Of a DNA stretch of 64,000 nt, positions 22,558 through 37,300 are shown piece by piece; positions within the stretch are counted from its first letter, which is position 1; every line of letters begins with the position of its first letter. The DNA is from Obrimoposthia wandeli (lineage: Eukaryota). Under the pieces are notes generated by a model. The model was given only the letters and a program-made list of their open reading frames with translations. It ran no database searches and was not told where the DNA came from. A program made the translations under genes and the position numbers. The stretch lies in assembly GCA_977020255.1 (NCBI GenBank), contig CDROCS010000529.1, positions 124,001 through 188,000 of the forward strand, read 5' to 3'.

Positions 22558-22961
22558 AGACCATATCTGCATTTCATTTATCTTATTTTTGGCACTTAAA
22601 CTACGAATTAAAAGTATTTTTCTTAAATTTTCAACATGAATTAAATATAGATAACTCGTTATGTTTGTATAGCTCCTTACAAAAAACTCCTTAAGAATTT
22701 ATCTTATCTTTCTTCAAAATTGTTCAGTTTATTTTTACAAGATTTCAGTTAACGAAAAGAAACTATTTGAAAACAAAATTTGACCTTGACCTCTTTTGTA
22801 AAATTCCTGAAATATTTATTACAAATTTCTTTTATCCTTCTACAAAAAACAGGAATAAATTTTTATTAAAATATGAAATTAAAATTATATAATTTAAAGA
22901 AAATAAAAGTGTCATACAGCTTTCAAAACAATTACATATGTGCTAATAATATATATTTGGA

Positions 22962-24193
22962 TCAATATCTCCTATAGCTGCGCGATCTCGACCGACTGCA
23001 CCGACTCCGAGAAAGCGGCCTCCTCCGCTCAAAGTCACGTCTTTGGCCACGAAAATCCCGTGATTCCTCACGCGAGTCGAAACGTCCTTGGCGCCTTACA
23101 CTAAAAGAAATGAAAATTCAGAATATTTCATAATAATAAGTTGTAATGTTCTACATTTAAAAAATAAAAACTAAGTCTAATTAATTATTTCGCAATACAA
23201 AAACGACATTTTCATATCCGTATATTCAACTATAAATTTGAGTTTTATGAAAATGAATAAAACTTACGATTTCTTTCCCATGTACATTCCAGGAGTAGGA
23301 GAATGGGCCTTTTTTGTGATGCTGTAATCTACCCGAATTTGGCGACCATCTAATTCAACTCCAGATCCTTCATCCTTTGCTTTACTTGCAGAGTCGACAT
23401 CTTCGTAGTAGACAAATGCGAAACCCATTGATTCAGATGTATATTTATCCTTAATCAGATTTAGGCTTTTAATTTTACCAAATGTATCAAAATATTTGTG
23501 CAGATCTCTTTCATCAGTTCTTTTTGACAATCCAAAAACACCAATACATGTTGAAGGCGAAGGATTTTCTCTATCACGGATATTTTGGCCTCTACCACTT
23601 TTTCTTGGCGGTGATCGTGAATTTGATCTTCGATGTCTACGGTCTTTAGGTGACGAAAAATCACCTCTTCGATTCACTGGGGATCTGGAGCGTCTATATC
23701 TACGATTGGGAGATCTACGTCTACGTGGTTCATATGGAGATGAATGTTTTTTTGAATAATTCTTAACCGGACTACGAGAAACATTTGAACGACGATTTGA
23801 ACCAGATCTAGAGCATGAGGCTTTGTTTTTGGACCCACTACGTCTACGAACAGGTGATATACTATCCCGTGTTCTATGTGGAGATAAAGAGTTCTTCATT
23901 GGACTACGAGACATAGGAGATACACGATTTGAAGCAGATCTAGAGCATGAGGCTTTGTTTTTGGATCCACTACGTCTACGAACAGGTGATCTACTATCCC
24001 GTGCTCCATGTGGAGATAAAGAGTTCTTCATTGGACTACGAGACATAGGAGATCCACGATTTGAACCAGATCTAGAACGTGAGACTGGGGATCTAGATCT
24101 AGACGGATCTTGTCCAGCAGATGATGAACGATTCTAAAAATATTCAATAAAAACAAAAACAAAGTAAATGCTCACTTCATGGTCTTTGCACAT
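22962..24193 (-). CDS. tra2: Transformer-2 (TRA2), copy 2; exons 24193-24176, 24133-23268, 23100-22962; 340 aa, intact
   Basis: Mirror of copy 1 with the same splice sites and no stop or frameshift; six amino-acid differences seen. Confidence 0.95.
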
Positions 24194-24879
24194 TTTCTCC
24201 AGTTGAAAGTTAAAATGAATTTTTTGATTGTTATTTTTAATTTGAAATATTTAAACAAATTTTAGTACATTTAATTTTCTCTGGTTTAAGACATGGAGAA
24301 AACTGTGCTTTTCCCGAATACGAGTGGTTTCATTATATTACAGGCATTCATTTTGGCGCATAGGAGCATCGTTACTTGGTCTTTGATTATCTTTTCCCTG
24401 CCACTGAAATATAATGTGTTATCAAGGAGAAATTTCCTGTTTCAACATAGTTATTTATACTTTGTTTATCAACAGCGACTGAGTCAATCAATTGCTCAAC
24501 CCAGTAGATGATTGCTATTAAATTCTCTACACCAAATGCTTGCAGCTTTTTCAACACATACTTGACCATTCAGAGGTAAATAATGACAGTAAATGGGCAG
24601 AAACTAAATGAAAAGTGCTTAAATGGTTGCAAAACAAATATATGTCATGGAACATTTCGCAATTTTATGAAACAAACAACGTACACGCATTGTAAAATGA
24701 AGAGAATTGAAATTTGCAGAAGTTCATAAAGCATCACGAAAAACAATTGCATAAATGTAGCTGGAATCTGACAGTTAAAGACAATGATATATTCTTTAAT
24801 AATGAAAACCGGTTCAACTTGGATGTTCCAGAAGGTTACCGTCATTAATGATATCATTTATACAGGGCGTCATAAATAA

Positions 24880-26437
24880 TAATTTGTTTCACCCAACTAT
24901 CAAATGATAGTATGATGCCGGGAAAACTGATGTGACATTTAACTATGATGCACCCGGAAAATAAACTATTAGAATTTTTTTCAAAGAAAAGCAGCAGGTA
25001 ACAAACGACAAACAAATTTTCTTATAAATTATACAAAACTGAATGATCAACTGTTAAAAGCATGTTTTGAGCTAGCTTTATTAATTGCGAAAACTAAAAA
25101 ACTCACACCATAGGAGAAGATCTTATATTACCAGTAGCAATAAAAATTTGTGAGATTATCCATGGTGATAAAATATTTGCAATCCTTTTAATTAAAACGA
25201 TACAATATAAAGAAGATTTTATGACACGGCATACAATATTAAAGCTCAGTTAATATCTCGCATGAAAGGCAGCCACTTCTTTGCAATACAACTGGATGAA
25301 TCTACTGATATTACAAATTTATCCTAGTTCATGGTTTTTGTTAGATATCAGTATGACTCTCAAATTCATGATGATTTTCTGTAAGCAACTATTGGCGATT
25401 TCTGGATTCAAGGCAGAAGTGGAAAACGTAAGCCCCGATGACAAACATATTCACTGCGTAATTCATACAGGACATTTAGTTTTTCGACAAATGTGTTGCG
25501 AACTCAGTGATGTTTTGAATTCAGATAGGTCAATAGTTAATTTCGTAAAATGTCGTGCTGTAAGCTCGTGACTTTTTATATTTTATGCAAAGAGATGGGA
25601 TCCGTGCATAAAGTTCTACAGTATCATACTGAAGTACGCTGGCTTTCTCACGGAAAATTTTTAAGAAGATTTGTAGAGCTTCGTGATGAACTTTGCCTCT
25701 TTCTGTATGACAAAAATTCAGATCTTTCTTCTTATTTCGATGATGAAAAGATACAAACATTTTAATTCTGAATACCAAACTTCAAGTTTTCCAACAAAGA
25801 AGGTATTAATCAGGGATCTACGGACTTGCTTTCATGTTACAAAGTGCGACAGGATAAGAACACCATTTGCTAAATCCATAGAATATGATCATATTAATTG
25901 GATTGCTCAAGAAGAATTAATCTTGATAATAATCTTGAAGTGGAATTTAATGACAAAAGCCTTGCAGAATTTTGAATCAAGTGACAGCAAGAATACCCGC
26001 CAATCGCCAAAGCAGCGTTATTGGGCATAATTCTTTTTGCGATAACATACCTATTTGAAACAGCATTTTTATCATTACTGGTAATAGAAAATAAACATAG
26101 GCTGTATCTTTCAACAGATGCTTTGGATCAAACCCTACGAATAAGCATTTCAAATATTCAACCTGAACTTGATTTGCTATGTAAAAACATTCAATCCCAT
26201 CTCTCCCATTAAATTGTTTTTTAGATTTTAGAAAATTTGAAGTTTATTTGAATTTTTTTATTGTTATTTTTGTAAACAAGTTTTTGAATAAAAAATGTTT
26301 CTTCTTTTTAAAATGTAGCTATACTTATTAATGGAAAAAAGAAGTGTTGTCACTAAAAATTAAAATTTTTGGGGAGCCTTGAATTTTTTTTCTTCAGATT
26401 TTGAGAGCCGTATTATAAAAAGGTTTGAGAAGCACTG
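24880..26437 (+). mobile_element. Inverted copy of the truncated Buster-type hAT
   Basis: TIR TTTGAGAAGCACTG ends at 26437; same chimeric junction as 9647. Confidence 0.9.
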
Positions 26438-27666
26438 ATATAAATGATGAACATATTTATCTTTATAATCGAATAAAGCAATAGATCGTAACAGATCGTA
26501 CTTGATATTTAATTGTATAACTAAATGTGATGTTTCATAAATATGGTAAATTGTTATTTAATGTATAAAATAGTGTTTTCTGACCATATCAATATCTCAA
26601 AATCATGACGAAATGGATTTTTTTTATACCATTTTAGTATTAAGCCAACATGTAGACTAGAAACATTCTCTATCGTTAAAGGCAAAAAAGTTATTTTTTG
26701 TTACGAAAATTTATTGTACCCGTATCCAATGGTAATTGTTTTGACAGATTCTGCAATAATTTTGAGGCACGTGCATTTACTAATAAGAGATTTCCTAAGT
26801 ACATTTCTGATTTATTAAATGATAACATTCTTTAAATTGTAAGTAGCTGCTAAACTTTTACCTCCATGAAAAGTTGGAGTCTAAACCATTTTATTTATCT
26901 CAAAAATAAACAGACTTCAAACACAACGTCCAACTAAGCTCCTCAAAGTTCTGAAAATTTAAAAATGCGAAACATAAAGCTAGGTGAAACAATTGAGAAA
27001 ACATTAATGAATTGGCCAAAAAGGACATATCGATAATAAAATTATGAAAAGTCAAAAATCATGTTTGGGCTTGAATGAATTTGTGTTTTAGTTAGTTATA
27101 TAATTTAGTTATTTGTTGTCTGAATATGTGGTAACATTACAGGCACTAAAAACACGTATTTATAGATATATTAAAGAGGAGTAAGTTCCCCACTTTTTAA
27201 ACAATAAATTAATTGGTTATTATTTGTCATTATATTTTAATGGATTTTTTCAATCCATTCAGTGTGAATAAAATGTAATATTTTCTGTAATATTACATTT
27301 TTAGAAATTGATTTTAAAATTATGAATGGTGATGTGTTTATTTTTTATTTTCATTCATTAGATCAGTTGCGTTTGAGTATTTAAAAAGTACAATTATATT
27401 AAAAGATATCATATTTAAAATATTACAATCCATGAATAATATTGCATTAAATATGAATATTTCAATTCAATTAAACTTATAAACCTAAATCGAATAAGTT
27501 ATAAATTAATTAGGCAAAATTAAACGATTGAATAATTATAATTTTTTTATTAAAAAATTAATTTTTAAATAAATATTTAAATAATTTGTTTTAGTAATAA
27601 ATAATTAATAAGAAGTTAATTAACAATAAGAAAAAAATCTGGGTATTCAATTACATTTTGGGATAT

Positions 27667-28068
27667 TTATTTTTGCAACAATGCTACACTTCCAGATGTG
27701 ATACCAGTGTTTGAGGCTGTAGTATCAAAACACAAACCTATAACACGATTAATAATATTCCAACGAGTCAATAACCCAAACACAGTATCACATGTTGTTA
27801 TTCCTCGTCTATCCGATTGAAAAGGAACGCCTAGTATGTACTCCATTCCATTATTTAGATCAACAATAACTGCTATTCTTTCTACTCCATCGCACTTCAT
27901 ACCACCAAAATAAATTACGACATTTAACACATTCTCAACAATTCTTTGAATTTTTATATAGACAGATTCTCTCTGTTTTTTTCGCTTTCGTCGTACTGTT
28001 TCATGAGATATATCAAATAAACCTGAAGCTCCTCTAAAAGATATACAATGCCTATCACAAATTCTCAA
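27667..28068 (-). mobile_element. hATm-like transposase fragment (inverted copy)
   Basis: Mirror of 6447..6848. Confidence 0.6.
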
Positions 28069-28277
28069 CTTTTTAGAATCGTCTTCATATTCAGAATCTG
28101 TACTATCGGAATGATATGTAGTCTTTAGCAGAATAACAGCCTGTTTATTGTTATTAACTTTGATTTTTTCAAGAGATCAAGAATTCAAGTTCCAATATTT
28201 AACTAATTTGTCGGTGTAGTTTATGTTAATTTAAACTCGCATCTCATATAAGATATAGATCATATTAGAAGAAAGAT

Positions 28278-31200
28278 GATTTTTATTTTAGTATAAAATC
28301 AATTAATTATTTAAAATTACTCAAAACCTAATCCTAACATCAGTATTGTTGTGTTCCTAGTTTAAATAGATTATTTAATTGTCATAGTTATGGTTTACGA
28401 TTTTTTTTTGTGTCCGAACTATGGCTGTTTATGATAAACATAGAATCCATTGTAATTTTAATACTGATACTACAACTTTATTCACTATGCCGGATAATAA
28501 ATATTGTGAATTCACCCCGTAGGAGTACCCTTTACTACAAAACCATTTTAGCGTTGTATGCACGATTTAATGACCATTTTCAAATATGGCGCTATATCTT
28601 ACTGTTTAAAACAAAAATTAAGTTACCAAAGTTTCCCTTGCAGAGCCTCCTAAGAGGGGAGCCCTTCATCAGAAGACCGGGCAGCACCTTTGGCAAAGAT
28701 TATATATTTATATTACTTTTGGTTATAGTAAACCTTTAACCTTGAAAAAGACAAATAATAAATCAAATATTTATTTATTCATATGATTACAATTCGGCGT
28801 CTCATGATATTAGTATTGAATATCTCCCATAACTATTAAATTCATATTAAATATTTTAAAATAAAAATCTTACGTTGATGATATTGGAAAGGTTCTACTA
28901 TCCTTAATTCGAAATGTTTCGGAGAACAATATAATGAAAAATATTGAGATGTATATAGCTTGAAAATGTCTTCTTTAAGATTGATACGAAGAGCGCATAA
29001 CATGTCTAAAGTACTTAGAGTCATAATGATGAAATGATTTTAAAACTAAAGTGTTTCGATTATATAAAAACCTAACTTCAATATAATTGGTCATTTAATC
29101 AAAATAATCCTATATAATAAATAAAGCGATTAAACACAAAAGATGTATTAATATATACAAGTGAATGAGTGTGTGTACAAATGATGACATTAAATAATAA
29201 TAACAACAACAATAACAAACTATATATCTTATTTAAAAATTATTAAGTTAAATTAAAATGACAGTAAGCAAGGCTTTTATTCTTATTAACCCATCTCCTC
29301 TTATCGTCAAAACATTTTAAAGCAACTTTAGAAGTAAATGTTGTATGAAGCTGATGGTTAATCAATGCTATACGTGACTGGTTAACACTAATAATTTCTT
29401 CATTTTCATAACAATTGAGGTAGTCTTGATGTCTTAAGTTAGTTTGTTTTAAAATAATACCCTTAACCCCTAATTTATTTTGAAGTGAATTACAATTTCA
29501 TTTTAAGAAAACCCATTCATTATAATCAGTATCCTCACTTTCATCTTTAAATTTTCCAATTACAGCTTTAAAGTTTTCAGAATACAATGATGTGTTTTAG
29601 GATAATTATTCGTATCTAAATACCCATCCTTAATCATTTCTTATCCTTATTAATATTCACACACTCAAGTAAAAAAGAATCTTTGTCCATAGCTACAATT
29701 ATAATACTACAATTAAAAGTTTTGCTATACTGTTCAAGCTCAACATATTGTAATTGATACATTCGTAATTTAGATAGATCACGTACAGCTTGACCGATAT
29801 ATGAAGGCCGATTTAAACATATTTCCTGTTTCTGCATAAAAACAAAATTTAAATCATCATTTATTTGAGTATGTCGTTTAAAAACCAAGGATTTGAAACT
29901 AATTTTTCAAACCGTTTATCATTATTACATAATTTAATATCAAGTCGCCTCTTAAGATTCTTAACCGTTTTACCAGTATTATTTTTTATTTGTAAAACTC
30001 ATATTCAAACTTATTAACACTAGTTGCCCGCTTGTTTGAATTAAAATCTATATATTGTTTTAAAACGGGTGCATGTCTAAACCGAATAGCTAAAAATATC
30101 TTGATGTATACGCCGAACTTGGAAGATAACTAACCAATCTTTCAAGACTAGTTGTGGTAAAAAATATATGAATCTAAAAATGTCAATGTTCCAGTTTATA
30201 ATTCTATTTTGAGATCCATAAATTTTTCAATAGATTTGGGTATGATTGAATAACTTTTCCCTTTTAATTTTGAAAATTTTAAAATATGATGAATATCATA
30301 ACCCATTAAGTTGTGAAAAAGTACTGGTAACATAGGCCACTTACCGAATCTACGAGATAAATTACATTTATTACATGCTGCACCGAATAATGCACCTGAA
30401 ATATGATCATTATCATGTACTAAATTTCTAGTGATTTTATAACAAAGGTAACATATGCTACTCGCTTGAAAAGCTACCTGATTTTCATTTGTCATTATAA
30501 GACGTGCGTTCATATTATTTCTACAAAAAAGTACAACAATTTTATTAAGAATTTCCGTTAATTTATTAATAAAGTTGATAGCACAATCTAAACCGAAATA
30601 CGAAAAGTATTCTATTGTGTCAGTAACATTATTTTTCAACAACATTCCAACTGCAATGGGAGTATGAATATGTTTAACAGTCACATTAGGTCCTAAAACA
30701 CTTTCAAAATCAGCGTAAACTACAAAATGAGGTTGAACTGACTTTGACCAATCTGTGAATTCACAATATTTATTATCCGGCATAGTGAATAAAGTTGTAG
30801 TATCAGTATTAAAATTGCAATGGATTATATGTTTATCATAAGCAGCCCCAGTTCGAAAACCAAAAAGACATTTCGGACACCAGTAAAGGCGTAAACCATA
30901 ACTATGACAATTAAATAATCTATTTATATTAGGAATACCACAATAATGATAAGTGTTACGGTCTTCTAACAAAAGTAAATTAACAATTTGATTACATTCC
31001 CGTAGTTTTGTTCGGTAAATTATACTAACATCAGGAATTTTCACCACATCTTTAATCGGGTATTTACTATTAATTTCAGAATACTTAAAAACTGTAATTG
31101 CTATTTGGTTATCACGTTCAAATTGAGGTATTGAGGTTAAAGGCATAGGACCCGGCTGACATTTTAACTCATTTAAATATTGATCACAAGAAGATGTTCG

Positions 31201-31340
31201 ATCTCTATGACAAATTTCATCATGTTTTAAAACACTAAGAATAGCATAGAGAAAACATTTATTATCACCGTTTTTTCATTGATCATTGCCATTTTATTTA
31301 ATAATTTAAGTGGTGTTGGTATAAATGAAGAACCCGAAAC
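28278..31340 (-). repeat. Inverted partial copy of the pPolB region (contains ORF 30196..31146) with an ~800-bp internal deletion
   Basis: Reverse complement of 20610-18791 joined at ~30089 to 17991-16745. Confidence 0.92.
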
Positions 31341-34300
31341 TATTGTATAGGTTTCTTTAATCGGAAAGTTAAGTGACTAACACTTCCCTTAAATTTACCT
31401 TTATAATTTATATTGATTATTTTCCTTATATGATAATAATTTATGATATCACAGACGTATCAAGTTTCATATTACCCACTGATAATCAACAACCAATCAG
31501 ATTCAAGTAGTCAACTATAACTATCAAAACCTTTCAGTTTACTCTCATTAATCATGTTCAATTTACAAAAACCGATTTTGAAGAGCATACAGAAGAGGCA
31601 GAACGGAATTTTAAATACAACCAAAGTTAACCCAATTCCTATAGATTCTGATGATACCGAATAAGAAGATATTTTCAAAAAGACCTATTTAATGAATCTG
31701 TACCTTATTTTAGCTATAAAATGAATTTCCTCAATATGCCTGTTCCATATGAATTTCTATACCCTATTAGGCTAAGAAAGTCCAACTTTGATTATGTCAT
31801 CTCAAGGATCCATAATACGGATATTAATAATATCAATGCTATTTTCAAAGGAATGAAATTGGATATTAAAATTGAAAACTTTAGTGCTTTCATTAAAGCC
31901 GATGAAAATCCGTTCAAAGGAATATATAAAAAGACTGAAGAATAATTTCCAAATGCAAATATTGGATTTTATTTATTCAAATTCAAGGATTCAAAGTCGA
32001 TAAACTCGAGAGACAGAAGCCTATATGGAGAATTAATGAAGGACATAAAAAGTTTAATAAATATTGATTTTTAGTGTGTTATTGTATTTTTACTATAAAC
32101 AAAAGTATTCTAAATATATTCTTTGCCAAATGTACTGTACAATCATGCAGGGCTCCTCTCTTAGAAGGCTCCGCAAGGGAGACGTTGGTCACTTAAAATC
32201 ATTAGTTTTTTTAAACGGCAAGAAATAGCGCAATATTTGAAAAAGGTCTTGAAATCATGCATACTACGCCAAAATGGTTTTGCAGTAAAGAGAACACCCC
32301 GAGGGACCTATTACCGTTGGCGTAGTATGCGTGATTTTGAGACCAAATTTAGGTTAAGATTTGAAATCGTGCATACTACGCCAAAGTAGTTTTGCAGTAA
32401 AAAAATACTACCAGGTATGTACTGACGTTGTATGCAGGATTTTGGGGGTGACGCAGTAGCGTTGTACCGACACTATATACTACTTATAATGATAGTCAAG
32501 ATATGTAATTTTTCAAAATTTCGCCTGTGTACAAAACTAAATAAACTTTTATAACGATAAACAGAAAGATAATGTACTCAATTAATCGAAATTTTCACAG
32601 AAAATGTATTTGCAAACATGGAATTTGGTTCAAAAATTAACACTGCCTCGTATTCCCTTTAATTTTCCAAGTTTATATACTTGCTATAAATACTGAAATA
32701 CAATATAAAATAATGCTTTTTAAATATAATTAATGGGCCAAAATTATTTTTAATTGGACATGAAAATAATGTTATTAAATATTATAATTTAGTCTTCGTG
32801 AATCAAAAGTTAAATGAAATTAAGAAATTAGGAAAATACGTGTAATGAACTTGTTTATTAAAATATGAAAAGACAAATAAATACAAAATTAATTGAAATA
32901 AAACGTAAATTTAATAATTTTGCATTATTAAATGCAGAATAACTGACAAACGTGCTAGGTATAATTTTAAATATGAAATATTATAAATTATGTCAAATAA
33001 CCCTTTCTTGTTTTAATAACTCAATTTTATCACTGAATATCTAGCGTCTATTTAAATACGCATTCAATGGAAAATTCACAATTTATGTAAATCATAATGC
33101 ATTTTTTCGTGAATTCTATAGTCATATTTTGTATATTATTCAATATTGTGGAATTGGATCTGTTAAAGTAAGATGTTTATCACTTTTGATAATTTATAAT
33201 TATTTGCCTGCCTTTATTGAACTGTGTAATTAATCTATAATATTTAGCTCTACTTTGTTCAATTAACAGTGCCTCGGATTTTGACGACCAACATACATTA
33301 AATCGCTAATGTCTGTTCTTTTTTTTATTTTCAAATTTTGTCAGAAGGACTTAACAGGTTTAAATTATACTCGGAGAGTTTTTGTGAGTGTTTTAAAGAA
33401 AACAGTTGAATGTATCATGATTAGCAAGCAATTAGTCACATTTCATAATTATCTGACCTTGTTTGTTAATAGTTAATTGATCTATATTTCAATTTATTTG
33501 CTTACGAAACATTTAATATAAATATTATTTGTGGTTGACATTTCAGAATAATCAATTACCTATCATGATAAGGGGAATAATTAATTCTTGTTCACCAGTA
33601 GGTAACAGCTTTTCTTCAGTGGGGTGCGCTGAACTATTATCTCAAAATAATTTTGCTTTGGGTACGCATTTCAGTATGTTAACTTTTTCTGAACCTGTAG
33701 TACAAAACCGTTTGGAACAATCCGGTCAATTGTAACGATTATGAAGAATTTTAGTATCCATTTCCACCTTTATGCTGATTATACGCACCGTTTGTTGATT
33801 TTGATTCTATTGACTGAAAAATAATATTTATCAAATAGCCAAATGGATGAAATCAAGACGATTGAAGATGAATAAAAATAGAACTGAGGCTATATTATTT
33901 ATTTCTTATATACACCATATTAACAAAAAAACTTCTACTTGTCGGAAAATATTATTAATTTGAAAAGCAAAATAAAGAACATCGGTTGCGACTTCGACGG
34001 AAACATTACAGCGAAATGTCAACTTAATAAAGTGACAAGAACAAGCAAAAGTCATGTCAAAAAGATTTATCTAATAAAAATACCTTACTACTGAGATAAC
34101 TACAATTCTAACGCATGCGTTTATATCAAGGAGTGATTTTCATAATTCTTTGCTGATTAATATTCCAGCTTATCAATTAAATTGCTTGCAAACTTTTAAA
34201 ACTAAACTTTCAGAATTATATTTAAATTAAAAATGAGCCAGTACAAATGAATATTTAGGGAAGCTCCATTGGCTGCTGACCAATCCCAGAATTGAATTCC

Positions 34301-37300
34301 AAATCCTACTTATTACAAAATAATGTATTTCCTCACATAAATCCAAATATGTGTATGATCTTGTCGAGCCTAGTGTATTGAGTAGGTATATGCATCGTAG
34401 GAGCAACGATTATTACAGCAGATGGGTCTAAAAATTCTCAAATGGCAAACATAATGATGGAATATTTGAAATTTATACTCCGAATCTTTACAACAATCTT
34501 CGAAATAAAGGAAACGGTAATAATGTTGAAAAATTCGAAAAGCAGCCGAAGACTTTACTATTCAAAAAATAGCGCTATATTCAATATTTTATTTTATTAA
34601 TCATCCCTCAAACCAAACGTGTTAATCCAAGCCTTTTTCTGATTTTATTAACTAACCGGAGGGTTTCTTCGACCTGGCCTTTGAGACTTAAGATTAGATA
34701 ATAATAACTTTTTATGGAAGCTATCACATTTGAGCTCATCTTTATAAATACCCTTTCATTGGCTCTTTTGTATCGGTTACTGCATTGTGAATTGTTTCCT
34801 AGGTTTGTTTGAAACTGAAGAATAAGAAATTACTATGGAAAAAAAATTAAAATGAAAAAATTAGCTTTGTTTTTGCTGCGACCTTGGTATTTTCAAAATT
34901 AAATTGAATGCGAGCATAAACTGGTCGAATGGTGTTTTTGATCGATGCCTCAATGAATAGCGCGAGAGCTGTGTTGCTGTATAGAAGAGATAAGCTACCA
35001 ACCGAGTCTGCCGCGGATTCATTAGCTTCACTAATCTGAAAGTTATTCTCGAAGCAATACAGTACAACAAACATTAGGAGAACTCAAGGTTGTCAAACTG
35101 AATAGACCAAGTTATATTACTTTCTGTGCCATTTTGGGCTAATGATAATACTCAATAAAACAGTTTAAAAATCTATAAAAATGCAATGCTACAATAGCAC
35201 AGTTAAACAGCAATATATTTACAAGAAACTGTTAATGATATGAGGAACTAATTTTCCTTTGTCGAGCATTTCTGAGTCTGACCTGAAGTTGTCCATCAAG
35301 TGACGTACAATGTTACAGTACAAATGTAAGAACTCCACTGTATCTTTCCAGGTTTTGGCGCCATCCAATCAAAAAACTTCAATTTACTCACTGAAAAACT
35401 AGCGGATATCTTTGAAAATTTTTTGATTTCTATATAGCAATTGTTAGTAATTTATTTTACTTAGTGTAGAACTCAATTTATACAGGAAATTGCGGAATTC
35501 ATAGAGAACGCCCTGTCAAAATATATGAGTGCGGTGCTTCATTATTCAGTGATTATGCAAAATGAATTTCTGAAAAATATGTTTGAAGTAAAAGTCATGC
35601 TCAGTTAGTGAGCCAGTGTCAATTATAGCACTACTAAAGCATACCAATCCTTTTATTTTAATGCTAGAGAGAGAGTTAAAAACAGTGAATACTCATTGAA
35701 GACTGACTAAAAATTTTGTAAGAAGTTTGATGACAAAATTGAATTTTGATTCAATAAATGTAATATTGAGCAATTAATAACAAACTCATAAAACTATGCA
35801 CGTTCTTTTACTAAAGTAAATAATAAACATCCAAATAATAACTTAAAGTTATTTGAACTACAATTAAATTAAAAGTAAGACTCCGTTGAAAGACAAAAAA
35901 ATAATTATTTTACTCTATACCATGCAATAATTTTCACTTCTTTACGTTATTATTATACCTGTAATTCACATTCAGTGTGCAATTTTGCATTTAAAATCAA
36001 AATTTTTATTTACACAAAAACAAATTGAATATTAGTCACAGTTTAGTAATTACATTGGGATAGCAAATGAATCCATCAGTAAAACGACGATTTGAAATGA
36101 AATCGATGAATAAAATCAATTATATTCAAATGCAATTTATATTCATATTCAGTGTATTATGGTGTTCATATATTTATTTATTTGGGTTTTGAATTATAAA
36201 AAAAATCTCTACACAATAAATGTACATTTAAAACATTTATTAAATTGCTCGAAAACATAAAATTGTTGTAAAACAAGAGTCTGCATGATCATATTATTTA
36301 TGACAAAAATGAATGGCGTACGGACAGATTAATTACCGCTATTTTCGAGTTTATTGGTGCATTAGAATAATTTTGTCGGAATCAGGATACAAAAATATCC
36401 TTCAAAACATTTTTATTGAGGAGAGGAAGAAGTTTCATAACAAACATGTATAAGCTTGACCTTTCTTCCAAGATGATCTATATCTTATATGAAATGCGAG
36501 TTTAAATTAACATTAACTACACCGACAAATTAGTTAAATATTGGAACTTGAATTCTTGATCTCCTGAAAAAATCAAAGTTAATAACAATAAACGGGCTGT
36601 TATTCTGCTAAAGACTACATATATCATTCCGATAGTACAGATTCTGAATATGAAGACGATTCTAAAAAGTTGAGAATTTGTGATAGGCGTTGTATATCTT
36701 TTAGAGGAGCTTCAGGTTTATTTGATATATCTCAGCGAAAAAAACAGAGAGAATCTGTCTATATAAAAATTCAAAGAATTGTTGAAAATGTGTTAAATGT
36801 CGTAATTTATTTTGGTGGTAAGAAGTGCGATGGAGTAGAAAGAATAGCAGTTATTGTTGATCTAAATAATGGAATGGAGTACATACTAGGCGTTCCTTTT
36901 CAATCGGATAGACGAGGAATAACAACATGTGATACTGTGTTTGGGTTATTGACTCGTTGGAATATTATTAATCGTGTTATAGGTTTGTGTTTTAATACTA
37001 CAGCCTCAAACACTGGTATCACATCTGGAAGTGTAGCATTGTTGCAAAAATAAATATCCCAAAATGTAATTGAATACCCAGATTTTTTTCTTATTGTAAA
37101 TTAACTTCTTATTAATTATTTATTACTAAAACAAATTATTTAAATATTTATTTAAAAATTAATTTTTTAATAAAAAAATTATAATTATTCAATCGTTTAA
37201 TTTTGCCTAATTAATTTATAACTTATTCGATTTAGGTTTATAAGTTTAATTGAATTGAAATATTCATATTTAATGCAATATTATTCATGGATTGTAATAT

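Larger units (their letters stand above)
22556..28277 (-). repeat. Right arm of the 5.7-kb inverted duplication
   Basis: Reverse complement of 6238-11967. Confidence 0.95.

Noticed and set aside
1-24193. tra2 as cargo captured inside a single Polinton
   Set aside because: The tra2 copies lie outside the viral gene blocks, separated by unrelated transposons, and no pair of Polinton TIRs encloses them; linkage is better explained by rearrangement
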